Source of the DNA: an uncultured Rhodobacteraceae bacterium
GTDB lineage: Bacteria; Pseudomonadota; Alphaproteobacteria; Rhodobacterales; Rhodobacteraceae
Direction of reading: 5' to 3'
Assembly: GCA_947489705.1 (NCBI GenBank)
Contig: CANLEQ010000007.1
Location: forward strand, 93,937-157,936
DNA: 64,000 nt
The position numbers and the translations under genes were made by a program. Each line of letters opens with the position of its first letter. Position 1 is the stretch's first letter. Under the pieces are notes generated by a model. It saw only the letters and a program-made list of their open reading frames with translations. It did not search any database and was not told where the DNA came from. This document shows, piece by piece, positions 19,119 through 29,462 of this stretch.

Positions 19119-21189
19119 CATCTTCGGCCGACTGACATGGGCCGACGTGACGCTATTCGAGGTGTTCAAGGATCCCAGCATCGACACCGCCGTCGCCTCG
19201 GCCGCGGCGTGGATCGCCGTTCTGGGTGCCGTGGCGGTGGTGGCCCTCCTGACCTTTACCCGACGCTGGGGCTGGCTCTGGCGCGAATGGCTGACGAGCG
19301 TCGATCACAAGAAGATCGGCATCATGTACATGGTGCTCGGCTTCGTGATGTTCGCGCGTGGCATCTTCGAGGGCGTCGTCATGCGGACGCACCAGGCCAC
19401 CGCGCTCGACGGCGGAATCCTGACGCCGCACCACTGGGCCGAGCTCTTCTCGACGCACGGGACCGTCATGATCTTCTTCGTGGCGATGCCCTTCATCACC
19501 GGCTTCATGAACTACCTGATCCCGCTCCAGATCGGCGCGCGCGACATGGCGTTCCCGATGCTCAACCAGATCTCGCTGGGCCTGACCGCGGCGGGTGCCG
19601 CGCTGGTGATGATCAGCCTGGTGCTCGGGGTGTTCGAGACCGGCGGCTGGACCGCCTACCCGCCCTTCACCGGCGCCGCCTTCGATCCCGGGCCGGGGCC
19701 GGATTACTGGGTCTGGGCGATCGTCATCTCGGGGTTCGGGTCGATGTTCTCGGGCATGAACTTCGCCGTGACGATCTACAAGATGCGCGCGCCGGGGATG
19801 AAGTACCTGCACATGCCGGTCTTCTGCTGGACCGCGCTCTGCACGTCGATCCTGCTGACCTTCGCGCTGCCGCCGCTGACCGTCGCGGGGCTGATGCAGG
19901 GGCTCGACCGGCTGGCCGGGTTCCACTTCTTCACCAACGACCTCGGCGGCAACATGATGAACTACGCCAACCTCTTCTGGATGTTCGGGCATCCCGAGGT
20001 CTACATCCTGATCCTGCCCGCCTACGGCATCTATTCCGAGCTCACCTCGACCTTCGCGGCGAAACAGCTCTACGGCTACACGTCGCTGGTCTGGGCCACC
20101 ATGTCGATCGCGGTCATCAGCTTCTGCGTCTGGCTGCACCACTTCTTCACGATGGGGCAGTCGCCGACCATCAACGCGGCCTTCGGGATCGCGACGGCGA
20201 TCATCGCGGTGCCGACGGGCGTGAAGGTCTATGTCTGGATGGCGACCCTCTGGCGCGGGCGGATCCGCTTCACCACGCCCATCGTCTACATGGCGGGCTT
20301 CTTCATCCTCTTCACGATCGGCGGCTTCTCGGGGATCATCCTCGCCAATCCGGCGATCAACTATCAGGTCCACAACACCCAGTTCATCGTGGCGCATTTC
20401 CACAACGTGCTGTTGCCGGGCATGCTTTTCGCGATCTTCGCGGGCATCCACATCTGGTTTCCCAAGGCGTTCGGCTTCCGCCTTCACGAGACCTGGGGCA
20501 AGGTCACGGCCGCGCTCTGGATCGCCGGGTTCTCGATGACCTTCCTGCCGCTCTACGTGGTCGGGCTCATGGGGTATCCGCGCCGGTCCTCGGCCTACGA
20601 CAACCCCGAATTCGTGCCCTACATGATCGTCACGCTGCTCGGGGCCTTCGTCCTGCTGACCGCGTTCGCCGGCCTCGTCGGGACCTTCGTCGTCTCGATC
20701 CGCAACCGCCGCGACCTGGCGGTGCCGCTCGGCGATCCGTGGGACGGGCGGACGCTGGAATGGGCGACGCCGGCGCCCCCGCCGCACTGGAACTTCCCGG
20801 TGATCCCGCAGGTCAGGGCGCGTGACGCCTTCGCGCTCGAGAAGGTCGAGGGGCGGCCCTACGTGGTGCCCGAGGAATATCGCGACATCCACCTGCCGCC
20901 CAGCACGATGGCGGGCGTCATGTGCTTTCTCGCGACCACCGGACTGGGCTTCGCGCTGACGTGGTGGATCTGGTGGCTCGCGGCCCTCTCGGCGGTCAGC
21001 GTTCTCATCTGGCTGATCGGTCACTCGCTGCGCGACCATCCGCATGTGGTCATCCCGGCGAAGGAGGTGCACCGCTCCAACCAGGCCTGGATCGAGGCGA
21101 TCGATCTGGCGACGCCCGTCGACCGCGACCACGAGACGAAACGGATGAACCGCGGCTTCGCCGCGACCGACATGGCGGAGGCGACATGA
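19111..21189 (+). CDS. cyoB: Quinol oxidase subunit I
   Basis: WLTSVDHKKIGIMY, GHPEVY, WLHHFF, PTGVK, AHFHNV, DPWDGRTLEW. Confidence 0.96.
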   Translation: MDNIFGRLTWADVTLFEVFKDPSIDTAVASAAAWIAVLGAVAVVALLTFTRRWGWLWREWLTSVDHKKIGIMYMVLGFVMFARGIFEGVVMRTHQATALDGGILTPHHWAELFSTHGTVMIFFVAMPFITGFMNYLIPLQIGARDMAFPMLNQISLGLTAAGAALVMISLVLGVFETGGWTAYPPFTGAAFDPGPGPDYWVWAIVISGFGSMFSGMNFAVTIYKMRAPGMKYLHMPVFCWTALCTSILLTFALPPLTVAGLMQGLDRLAGFHFFTNDLGGNMMNYANLFWMFGHPEVYILILPAYGIYSELTSTFAAKQLYGYTSLVWATMSIAVISFCVWLHHFFTMGQSPTINAAFGIATAIIAVPTGVKVYVWMATLWRGRIRFTTPIVYMAGFFILFTIGGFSGIILANPAINYQVHNTQFIVAHFHNVLLPGMLFAIFAGIHIWFPKAFGFRLHETWGKVTAALWIAGFSMTFLPLYVVGLMGYPRRSSAYDNPEFVPYMIVTLLGAFVLLTAFAGLVGTFVVSIRNRRDLAVPLGDPWDGRTLEWATPAPPPHWNFPVIPQVRARDAFALEKVEGRPYVVPEEYRDIHLPPSTMAGVMCFLATTGLGFALTWWIWWLAALSAVSVLIWLIGHSLRDHPHVVIPAKEVHRSNQAWIEAIDLATPVDRDHETKRMNRGFAATDMAEAT

Positions 21190-21809
21190 GCAATGCCAAA
21201 CCGATGAACGCCCATCCGGGGATGAATCTCGGCTATGGCGAAGGCGCCCACGACGCCGAGGTCAAGGTGTTCGGGTTCTGGGTCTTCCTGATGAGCGATC
21301 TGGTGACCTTCGGGCTGGTCTTCGCCATCTTCGGCACCATGGTCGAGGCGACGGCGGGCGGCCCCGGCCCGCGCGAGGTCACCAATCTGCACAGCGTGGC
21401 GATCCAGACCGCGCTGCTGCTGGGATCGTCCTTCGCGTTCAGCTGGGCGAGCCTGTCGATGAAGTACCACGAGGGACGCTGGCGCACGCTCTTCTATCTC
21501 AGCTTCGCGGCGACCTCGGCGCTGGGCTTCCTGATCATCGAATTCCTCGACTTCCGCCACTGGATCGAGATCGGCGCGGTGCCGCAGCGGTCCGGCTATC
21601 TCAGCGCGCTCTGGGCGCTCGTGGGCCTGCACGGCCTGCACGTGGCGGCGGGTCTTCTCTGGGTCGGCGCGATGACGGCGCAGATCCTGATCTTCGGGCT
21701 GACCGACGACATCAAGAGCCGCGTGACCCGGCTCGGCCTCTACTGGCACTTCCTCGACATCGTGTGGGTGGGGATCTTCTCGATGGTCTTTCTGGCGGGG
21801 ATCGCATGA
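21186..21809 (+). CDS. cyoC: Quinol oxidase subunit III
   Basis: FGFWVFLMSD, GLHGLHV, LYWHFLDIVW; ATGA coupling. Confidence 0.95.
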   Translation: MSNAKPMNAHPGMNLGYGEGAHDAEVKVFGFWVFLMSDLVTFGLVFAIFGTMVEATAGGPGPREVTNLHSVAIQTALLLGSSFAFSWASLSMKYHEGRWRTLFYLSFAATSALGFLIIEFLDFRHWIEIGAVPQRSGYLSALWALVGLHGLHVAAGLLWVGAMTAQILIFGLTDDIKSRVTRLGLYWHFLDIVWVGIFSMVFLAGIA

Positions 21810-22141
21810 AACCGAATATCAAGACGATGGTGCGCAGCGTCACCGGAGAGGAGAGCGAGGAGCGGAGCTTCTATTCGCTCGGCCTGGTCCTGTCCATCCT
21901 GCTGACCGTCGCGTCCTTCGCCACCGTGATCAGCGGCCTCGTCCCGCGGGACTGGATGATCCCCGGTCTGATCGTGCTGGCCATCGTGCAGATCGTCGTG
22001 CATCTGCGCATCTTCCTTCACATCGACCTCAGCCGGCAGAAGCGCGAGGATCTGCTGATGCTGCTCTTCACCGTCTTGCTGCTCGGCATCATGGCCTTCG
22101 GCACGTTGTGGATCATGTCGAACCTCGCCGTGCGCATGTAG
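21806..22141 (+). CDS. cyoD: Quinol oxidase subunit IV
   Basis: LSILLT, QIVVHLRIFLH, GTLWIM; three TM helices. Confidence 0.93.
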   Translation: MKPNIKTMVRSVTGEESEERSFYSLGLVLSILLTVASFATVISGLVPRDWMIPGLIVLAIVQIVVHLRIFLHIDLSRQKREDLLMLLFTVLLLGIMAFGTLWIMSNLAVRM

Positions 22142-22237
22142 AGACACGGACAGATTACCGCAAAAGGTGCATTCGAACTGGATCCTCCCGGGATCTTCGC
22201 GCAACATCTCGATACCGAAATGAAAGGGACAGCCTAG

Positions 22238-22939
22238 ATGCAGATGAGCAGACGCGCTTTCCTCGCGGGTGTCTCGACATTCGCCCTCACCGCCGCCGCC
22301 TCGGCGCGCGAATATCGCGGGGGCATCCCGTGGCATCCCGGCGCCTCGCTTCCGCCGCCGGCCTTCGATCCCGACGACGTCTACTTCACCGCCGAGGAAC
22401 GTGCGTTCGTGACGGCGGCGGTCGATCGCCTGATCCCGGCGGACGACTTTCCCTCCGCCTCCGAGCTGGGCGTCGTGGATTTCATCGATCACCAGCTCGC
22501 CGGCGCCTATGGCCGCGGCGACATCTATTACATGCAGGGGCCGTTCCGCGACGGCCTGGCGACCCAGGGCTACCAGGCGCAGGCCCCCGCCCTGCTCTAT
22601 CGCCAGGCGATCGCCGATATCCGCCAGGGACTGGCCGATGCCGGCCAGCCCGATTTCGTCGAGCTCGGACCCGAGGAACAGGACCTCGTGCTGACGCGTC
22701 TTTCCGAAGGACGTGAGACGCTCGCACATACCGACGCCAAGACCTTCTTCGACACGCTGTGGCAGAACACGCAGGAGGGGTATTTCGGCGATCCCGTCTA
22801 TGGCGGAAACCGCAACATGGAGGCATGGCGCATGATCAATTTCCCCGGCGCACGCTACGATTACAGACCATGGATCGACCATGGCGGCGAGGCCGTCATC
22901 CTCGAGCCCGTTTCCGTAGGCGGAAGGATGGTCCCATGA
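22238..22939 (+). CDS. Gluconate 2-dehydrogenase-type gamma (small) subunit, Tat-exported
   Basis: SRRAFL Tat motif; DRLIPAD, FIDHQLAG, EGYFGDPVYGGNRNM..W..I.FPGARYD. Confidence 0.9.
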   Translation: MQMSRRAFLAGVSTFALTAAASAREYRGGIPWHPGASLPPPAFDPDDVYFTAEERAFVTAAVDRLIPADDFPSASELGVVDFIDHQLAGAYGRGDIYYMQGPFRDGLATQGYQAQAPALLYRQAIADIRQGLADAGQPDFVELGPEEQDLVLTRLSEGRETLAHTDAKTFFDTLWQNTQEGYFGDPVYGGNRNMEAWRMINFPGARYDYRPWIDHGGEAVILEPVSVGGRMVP

Positions 22940-24699
22940 CGACAATCCTTCCCCGCCGCGAGGTGCTGATCGTGGGGTTCGGCTGGACCGGTGCGATCGT
23001 GGCCGAACAGATGACCCGCGAAGGGCTCGACGTGATCGCGCTCGAACGCGGGCTTTGGCGCGATACCTCGACCGACTATGCCGTCAACAACGCCCAGGAC
23101 GAGGTCCGCTATCGCTACCGCGACGAACTCTTCGAGGATCTGAGCCGCGAGACCCTGACCTTCCGCAACGAGGGCGGCCAGGAGGCGCTGCCGATGCGGA
23201 TGCTGGGCTCGTTCCTGCCCGGCACCAATGTCGGCGGCTCGGGCGTGCACTGGAACGGCCAGACATGGCGCTTCCTGCCCACCGATTTCCAGGTCCGGTC
23301 GCACAACATCGAACGCTACGGCGAGGATGCGATCCCCGAGGACATGACGGTCCAGGACTGGGGCGTCACCTATGACGAGCTCGAGCCGCATTACGACACG
23401 TTCGACAAGCTTTGCGGCATCGCCGGCAAGGCCGGCAACCTGGGCGGCGAGATCCAGGATGGCGGCAACCCGTTCGAGGGTCCGCGATCGTCGGAATATC
23501 CCAACCCGCCGATGGAGATGGTCGCCGCCCCGCTCAGATTCGCCGATGCGGCGCGCGAGCTCGGTTATCAGCCGTTTCCGGGTCCCTCGGCCAACATGAG
23601 CCAGGCCTATACCAACCCGCTTGGCGTTTCTCTCGCGCCCTGTTCCTATTGCGGGTTCTGCGAGAAATACGCCTGCGGCAACTATTCCAAGGCGACCTCC
23701 GCCACCACGATCCTGCCGGCCTTGATGCAGCGCGAGAACTTCACGCTGCGGACCGGCGCCATGGTGCTGCGGGTCGAGACGCGCGACGGCCAGGCCACCG
23801 GCGTCACCTACGTGACCACCGAGGGCGAGGAATTCTTCCAGCCCGCCGACATGGTGTTCCTCTGCACCTATATCACCCACAACGTGAACCTGCTGATGCA
23901 GTCGGGGATCGGCGAGATCTACGATCCGCAGACCGGAGAAGGCCAGGTCGGGCGCAACTACGCCTATCAGGCAATGTCGGGCGCCAACGTGTTCTACGAC
24001 CAGGATTTTGCGGTGAACCCCTTCGTCGGGGCCGGCGCGCTCGGTCAGGTGATCGACGAGTTCAACGGCGACAATTTCGACCATACCGGCCTCGGCTTCA
24101 TCGGCGGCGGCTACATCGCGCAATGGCAGACCAACGGCCGCCCGATCGAGCATCATCCCGTGCCCTCGGACACGCCGACCTTCGGCCTCGGATGGAAACA
24201 GGCGGTGCGCGAGAACTACAACCACACGATCGGCGTCGGCGCGCACGGGGCGGTGCATTCCTATCGCGGCAACCATCTCGATCTCGATCCGACCTATCGC
24301 GACGCCTATGGCCGGCCGCTGATGCGGCTGACCTTCGATTTCAAGCAGAACGACATCGCCATGTCGAACTACCTCACGGACCGCGTGGCCGAGATCGCGC
24401 GCGCCATGGGGGGCCGCCGCGTCGATGTGAGCCCGCTCAAGACGCCCTACGACATCACCCCCTACCAGACGACGCACAACACGGGCGGGCACATCATGGG
24501 CGACAGTCCCTCGAACAGCGTGACGAACAAGTACAACCAGAGCTGGGACATTTCGAACCTGTTCCTGATGGGCGCGGGCAACTTTCCGCACAATCCGGGC
24601 TACAACCCGACCGCCACGGTGGCCGCGCTCGCCTATCATTCTCTGGCCGAGATAAAGCGCAGCTATCTCCAGAACCCCGGACCGCTGGTGCAGGCATGA
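22936..24699 (+). CDS. Gluconate 2-dehydrogenase-type flavoprotein subunit (GMC oxidoreductase)
   Basis: IVGFGWTG, VGGSGVHW (covalent-FAD His), CSYCGFCEKYAC FeS motif, YQTTHNTGG, YNPT. Confidence 0.92.
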   Translation: MTTILPRREVLIVGFGWTGAIVAEQMTREGLDVIALERGLWRDTSTDYAVNNAQDEVRYRYRDELFEDLSRETLTFRNEGGQEALPMRMLGSFLPGTNVGGSGVHWNGQTWRFLPTDFQVRSHNIERYGEDAIPEDMTVQDWGVTYDELEPHYDTFDKLCGIAGKAGNLGGEIQDGGNPFEGPRSSEYPNPPMEMVAAPLRFADAARELGYQPFPGPSANMSQAYTNPLGVSLAPCSYCGFCEKYACGNYSKATSATTILPALMQRENFTLRTGAMVLRVETRDGQATGVTYVTTEGEEFFQPADMVFLCTYITHNVNLLMQSGIGEIYDPQTGEGQVGRNYAYQAMSGANVFYDQDFAVNPFVGAGALGQVIDEFNGDNFDHTGLGFIGGGYIAQWQTNGRPIEHHPVPSDTPTFGLGWKQAVRENYNHTIGVGAHGAVHSYRGNHLDLDPTYRDAYGRPLMRLTFDFKQNDIAMSNYLTDRVAEIARAMGGRRVDVSPLKTPYDITPYQTTHNTGGHIMGDSPSNSVTNKYNQSWDISNLFLMGAGNFPHNPGYNPTATVAALAYHSLAEIKRSYLQNPGPLVQA

Positions 24700-25925
24700 A
24701 ACATCTCCTGACCCCCATGATCCTCGCCGCGATCCCGCTGGCCATGCCCGCCCTGGCGCAGGACCAGAACACCTGGTCGTCGGTGCAGCGCGGCCTCTAT
24801 CTCACGCGGATGGGCGATTGCGAGGCTTGCCATACCGTCGAGGGCGGCGAGTGGATGGCCGGCGGCTTCGGCCTGCCCACCCCCTTCGGCGTCATCTATT
24901 CCGCGAACCTCACCCCCGACGAGGAGACCGGGATCGGGGCCTGGTCGGCCGACGATTTCTATCGCGCCATGAACGAAGGGATCAGCCACGACGAAAGCCG
25001 GCTCTATCCCGCCTTTCCCTATACCAACTTCACGGTGGTCACGCGCGAGGACAGCGACGCGATCTTCGCCTATCTCCAGACGATCGAGCCCGTGCGCAAC
25101 CGCATCCCCGAGCCCGAGATCCCATTCCCGCTGGACATCCGCACCTCGATGCGGGGCTGGAACCTGCTCTTCTTCGACGAACGCGATTTCGAACCCGCGC
25201 CCGAGAAATCCGAGCTCTGGAACCGCGGCAAGTACATCGTCGAGGGGCTGGCGCATTGCTCGGCCTGCCACAGCCCGCGCAACCTGCTGGGCGCGCAGCA
25301 GGGCGGCGCGGCGAGCTATACCGGCGGCCATGCCGAGGGCTGGTACGCGCCGAGCCTGCGCGATACCGGCCCCCACGAGGGGATCGGCGAATGGTCGGAC
25401 GACGACCTCGCCGCCTTCCTCAAGACCGGCCGCAACGGGCGCACCGCCGCGATCGGCCCGATGGCCGAGGTCGTCCAGAAGTCGACGCAGTACCTGACCG
25501 ACGAGGATATCGCCGCCATCGTCGCCTATATCCGCGACCTGCCGTTCGACGAGCCCGAGATCGGAGACCCCGAGCCGCTCGCGGAGTCCGACGGGATCAT
25601 GATCGCCGGGGGCGAGATCTATGCCACCCAATGCGCCGCCTGCCACGGGATCGAGGGCGAAGGCGTGGAGCGCATGTTCGGCGCCCTCGCGGGCTCGTCG
25701 CTCGCGCAGGCGACCGATCCGACCTCGCTCGTCCACATCATCCTCAAGGGCGCGCGTTCGGCCGTCACCGACGCCTATCCCACGCCGCACGCCATGCCGG
25801 CCTTCGACTGGAAGCTGACCGACGAGGAGGTGGCGCAGGTCGCGACCTTCGTGCGCAATGCCTTCGGGAACGCGGCCCCCGCCGTCAATCCCGGCGAGGT
25901 CAGCGAGATCCGCGACGAAGAATAG
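24696..25925 (+). CDS. Tri-heme cytochrome c subunit of membrane-bound dehydrogenase
   Basis: Signal peptide; three CxxCH (CEACH, CSACH, CAACH); NLTPD.ETGIG, LYPAFPY. Confidence 0.93.
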   Translation: MKHLLTPMILAAIPLAMPALAQDQNTWSSVQRGLYLTRMGDCEACHTVEGGEWMAGGFGLPTPFGVIYSANLTPDEETGIGAWSADDFYRAMNEGISHDESRLYPAFPYTNFTVVTREDSDAIFAYLQTIEPVRNRIPEPEIPFPLDIRTSMRGWNLLFFDERDFEPAPEKSELWNRGKYIVEGLAHCSACHSPRNLLGAQQGGAASYTGGHAEGWYAPSLRDTGPHEGIGEWSDDDLAAFLKTGRNGRTAAIGPMAEVVQKSTQYLTDEDIAAIVAYIRDLPFDEPEIGDPEPLAESDGIMIAGGEIYATQCAACHGIEGEGVERMFGALAGSSLAQATDPTSLVHIILKGARSAVTDAYPTPHAMPAFDWKLTDEEVAQVATFVRNAFGNAAPAVNPGEVSEIRDEE

Positions 25926-26002
25926 CCCCGCCCGTCCCCCGAACCCCGCGCCATCGCGCGGGCTTCCGGGGGGAGCGGCGCACCAACACGGAAGAGGCCA
26001 GA

Positions 26003-28309
26003 ATGAGCGACGTGAACGATCTTCCGAAAAAGAGCGGCCCCGCCGGCGGCTGGGGCTCGATGCGCGGCATCAAGGAGGTGCTCGCCTCCAGCCGGGCGGA
26101 ACCCGGCGCCTTCCAGACCCTGCATCGACAGAACAAGCCGCGCGGCTTCATGTGCACCTCCTGCGCCTGGCCCAAGCCCGCCAATTACAAGCAGTTTGAG
26201 TTTTGCGAGAACGGCGCCAAGGCGACGCTCTGGGAATCGACGCGCGACCGCTGCACGCCCGAATTCTGGAACGACCACACCGTCACGGAGCTGCGGAGCT
26301 GGAAGGATCACGACGTGGAGCGGACGGGGCGCCTCACCGCGCCCCTGCGCTACGATGCCGAAACCGACCGCTATGTCGAGGTCGGCTGGGACGAGGCCAT
26401 CGCCGGGATCGCCGAGGTCCTCAAGACGCTGAAATCCGACGAGGTGGTGTTCTATTCCTCCGGCCATGCGGGGCTCGAGGCCTCGTATCTCTACGCCCTC
26501 GTGGCGCGCCTCTTCGGCACCAACAACCTGCCGCAATCGTCGAACATGTGCCACGAGACGACCAGTGTCGGCCTCAAGGAGGTGATCGGCTCGCCCGTCG
26601 GGACCGTCATCTGGGAGGATCTCGAGGCGACCGACTGCTTCTTTTTCTTCGGCCAGAATCCCGGCACGAACTCGCCGCGCTTCCTGCATCCGCTCAAGGA
26701 GGCCAAGAACCGCGGCGCGAAGATCGTGACCTTCAACCCGCTGCGCGAACAGGGCCTCGTGTCGTTCGTCGACCCGCAGAACCCGCTGCACATGGCGACG
26801 GGCCACGAGACGATCATCTCGGATCAGTATCACCAGGTCCGCGCGGGCGGCGACGTCGCCGCCATCCTCGGGATCTGCAAGGCCGTGATCGAGGCCGACG
26901 ACGCCGCGCAGGAAAAGGGCGGCGCCCGCATCCTCGACGTGGCCTTCATCGAGGAGCACACGACCGGCTTCGACGCCTTCCTCGATGTCTGTCGCAAGAC
27001 GCAATGGCCCGATATCGTGCGCGAGAGCGGCCTTGCCGAGGAGGATCTGCGCGACGCGGCCGCGACCTACATGGCGGCCGAGCGCGTCATCGGCGTCTAC
27101 GGCATGGGCCTGACGCAGCATGCGCATGGCGCGCTCAACATCGGCATGCTGGTCAACCTCATGATGCTGCGCGGAAATATCGGCCGCAAGGGCGCGGGCA
27201 TGTGCCCCGTGCGCGGCCATTCCAACGTGCAGGGCCAGCGCACCGTCGGTATCGCCGAGAAGGCCAACCTCGTTCCCATGGACCGCCTGCGCGAACTCTT
27301 CGACTTCGACCCGCCCACCGAGGACGGGACCCATATCGTCGACGCCGTTCAGGGCCTCTTCGACCGCAGCATCAAGGGCTTCGTCAGCCTCGGCGGCAAC
27401 CTCGTGCGCGCCGTGCCCGAACAGGCCAGGATGGAGGACGCCTGGGCCGGTCAGGAGATCAGCGTGATGATCTCGACCAAGCTCAACCGCACCCATCTCT
27501 TCCCGGCGAAACACGCCTATATCCTGCCCTGCCTCTCGCGCGCCGAACGCGACATCCAGGCGACCGGCAACCAGACCATCTCGATCGAGGACAGCTTCTC
27601 GATGATCCATGGCTCGATCGGCCAGCGCACGCCCGCCTCCGAGCATCTGCGCAGCGAGATGGCCATCGTCTGCGCGCTCGGCCGGGCCCTGAGCGGCGAC
27701 AACCCCAAGCTCAGATGGGACGAATGGCAGGCCGATTACGGGCTTGTGCGGGACCTGATCGAGGCGACCTATCCCGACGATTTCGGCAGGTACAACGCGC
27801 GTCTGCATACGCCCGGCGGCTTCTGGCGCGGGATCGCGGCGCATGACCGTATCTGGAAGACCGAACCCGGAAAGGCGATCTTCACCGCGCCCGACAGGCT
27901 CAACTCGGTCAGCTTCGACGATATGGAGGGCCGCTACAGGCTCATCACGATACGCTCGAACGATCAGTTCAACACCACGATCTACGGCTATTCGGATCGG
28001 TTCCGCGGCATCGAGGGGACACGCGACGTCCTTCTGATGAACGAGGACGACATGCGCGCGGCGGGCCTTGCCAAGGGCGATCTGGTGGCGCTCCTGTCGG
28101 ATGCCGAGGACGACGAGACGCGCCGCCTGGGCGGGCTGGCGGTCATCCCCTACGAGATCCCGCGCGGCACCGTCGCGTCCTATTATCCCGAATGCAACGT
28201 GCTGATCTCGATCGCGCATCACGACATCACGTCGAAGACGCCCGCCTCGAAATCCATCCCCGTCCGGATCGAACGCGACGGGGAAGGCCGCGAACGTCCC
28301 CGGATGTGA
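26003..28309 (+). CDS. FdhF/YdeP family molybdopterin oxidoreductase
   Basis: AGGWGS, CTSCAWP, FCENGAKA, SNMCHE, PVRGHSNVQGQRT, RSNDQFNTTIYG; GAGG RBS before ATG 26003. Confidence 0.93.
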   Translation: MSDVNDLPKKSGPAGGWGSMRGIKEVLASSRAEPGAFQTLHRQNKPRGFMCTSCAWPKPANYKQFEFCENGAKATLWESTRDRCTPEFWNDHTVTELRSWKDHDVERTGRLTAPLRYDAETDRYVEVGWDEAIAGIAEVLKTLKSDEVVFYSSGHAGLEASYLYALVARLFGTNNLPQSSNMCHETTSVGLKEVIGSPVGTVIWEDLEATDCFFFFGQNPGTNSPRFLHPLKEAKNRGAKIVTFNPLREQGLVSFVDPQNPLHMATGHETIISDQYHQVRAGGDVAAILGICKAVIEADDAAQEKGGARILDVAFIEEHTTGFDAFLDVCRKTQWPDIVRESGLAEEDLRDAAATYMAAERVIGVYGMGLTQHAHGALNIGMLVNLMMLRGNIGRKGAGMCPVRGHSNVQGQRTVGIAEKANLVPMDRLRELFDFDPPTEDGTHIVDAVQGLFDRSIKGFVSLGGNLVRAVPEQARMEDAWAGQEISVMISTKLNRTHLFPAKHAYILPCLSRAERDIQATGNQTISIEDSFSMIHGSIGQRTPASEHLRSEMAIVCALGRALSGDNPKLRWDEWQADYGLVRDLIEATYPDDFGRYNARLHTPGGFWRGIAAHDRIWKTEPGKAIFTAPDRLNSVSFDDMEGRYRLITIRSNDQFNTTIYGYSDRFRGIEGTRDVLLMNEDDMRAAGLAKGDLVALLSDAEDDETRRLGGLAVIPYEIPRGTVASYYPECNVLISIAHHDITSKTPASKSIPVRIERDGEGRERPRM

Positions 28310-28399
28310 CGCCCGCGCTCGATTGCCGAATTGTCTGGCAATCGAGCGGACCGGCCGCTAGGCTTTCCTCCACGGGACGACTTTCAGGGAGGAAACCTC

Positions 28400-29458
28400 A
28401 TGTCCAAGACATTTGCCACATTGCTCTGCGGCACCATTCTCGCGGCCGGCGCGGCTGGCGCGCAGACCAACCTGCGCATGCAGACGCACCAATCGCCCGA
28501 ATCGGTCTGGGGGGATCTGATCGGCGAATTCGTCGAGAACGTCGAGACGATGTCGGGCGGCGATCTGACCATCGAGATGTTCTACAGCTCTCCGGTGGTC
28601 GCCACCGCCGAGACCTTCACCGCCGCGGCGCAGGGCATCCTCGATTGCGACATGACCAACGGCAGCTACCAGACCGGGCTCAACCCCGCGTTCCAGTTCG
28701 TGGCCGACCCGATGGGCGGTTACGACACGCCGCTGCAATTCCTCGCCTGGATCGATTACGGCGGCGGCGAGGAGGCGATCCAGAACCTCTACGAGGCCAA
28801 CGGAATGCACTTCATCGGTGCCTATACCGGCGGTCAGGAATCGATGAACTCGACGGCCCCGCTCGAAGGTCTCGACGACCTCGAAGGCTGGAAGTTCCGC
28901 TCGCCCCCGGGCATGGAAAGCGAGATCTTCGCCGAACTCGGCGCCACGCCCATCGTGATGGACTTCACCGAGATCTTCACCGCGCTCGAGACCGGCATCA
29001 TCGACGGGGCGGATGCCTCCACGCTCGCCAACAACGTGGGCCTCGGCATCTACGACGTCGCGACGCACGCGACCTATCCCGGCTTCCACTCGATGTCGGC
29101 CGACCACCTGGCCTGCTCGACCGCCGTGTGGGACGAGCTCAGCGATGCCAACAAGGCGATCCTGGAAACCGCGATGGACCAGATCTCGCTCAAGCTGATG
29201 CTGAGCACGCTGGTCGCCAACGGCGAGGCCTCGGTCCAGCTGCCTGAGCAGGGCGTCACCCTGCATGACTGGTCCGACGAGGACCGCGCCGCCTTCCGCG
29301 CCGCCGCCGTGAAGCGGTGGGATGCCTGGGCCGAGCGCACGCCCGAGACGGCCGAGCTCGTCGAAAGCCACAAGGCGTTCCAGCAGCGCATCGGCCTCGG
29401 CGTCGAAAGCTCCGACGAGAGCGGCTCCGAAGCCAATTCGGATACCGAAGCCCAGTGA
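28400..29458 (+). CDS. dctP: TRAP transporter periplasmic solute-binding protein
   Basis: Signal peptide; VETMSGGDLTIE, conserved KFR, ALETGIIDGAD; GGAGG RBS. Confidence 0.9.
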   Translation: MSKTFATLLCGTILAAGAAGAQTNLRMQTHQSPESVWGDLIGEFVENVETMSGGDLTIEMFYSSPVVATAETFTAAAQGILDCDMTNGSYQTGLNPAFQFVADPMGGYDTPLQFLAWIDYGGGEEAIQNLYEANGMHFIGAYTGGQESMNSTAPLEGLDDLEGWKFRSPPGMESEIFAELGATPIVMDFTEIFTALETGIIDGADASTLANNVGLGIYDVATHATYPGFHSMSADHLACSTAVWDELSDANKAILETAMDQISLKLMLSTLVANGEASVQLPEQGVTLHDWSDEDRAAFRAAAVKRWDAWAERTPETAELVESHKAFQQRIGLGVESSDESGSEANSDTEAQ

Positions 29459-29462
29459 TTCC

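Noticed and set aside
24818..26002. Apparent 1163-aa ORF, i.e. an N-terminal extension of YdeP
   Set aside because: The extension is an Arg-rich off-frame read of the cytochrome c gene; the real start is ATG 26003 with an RBS
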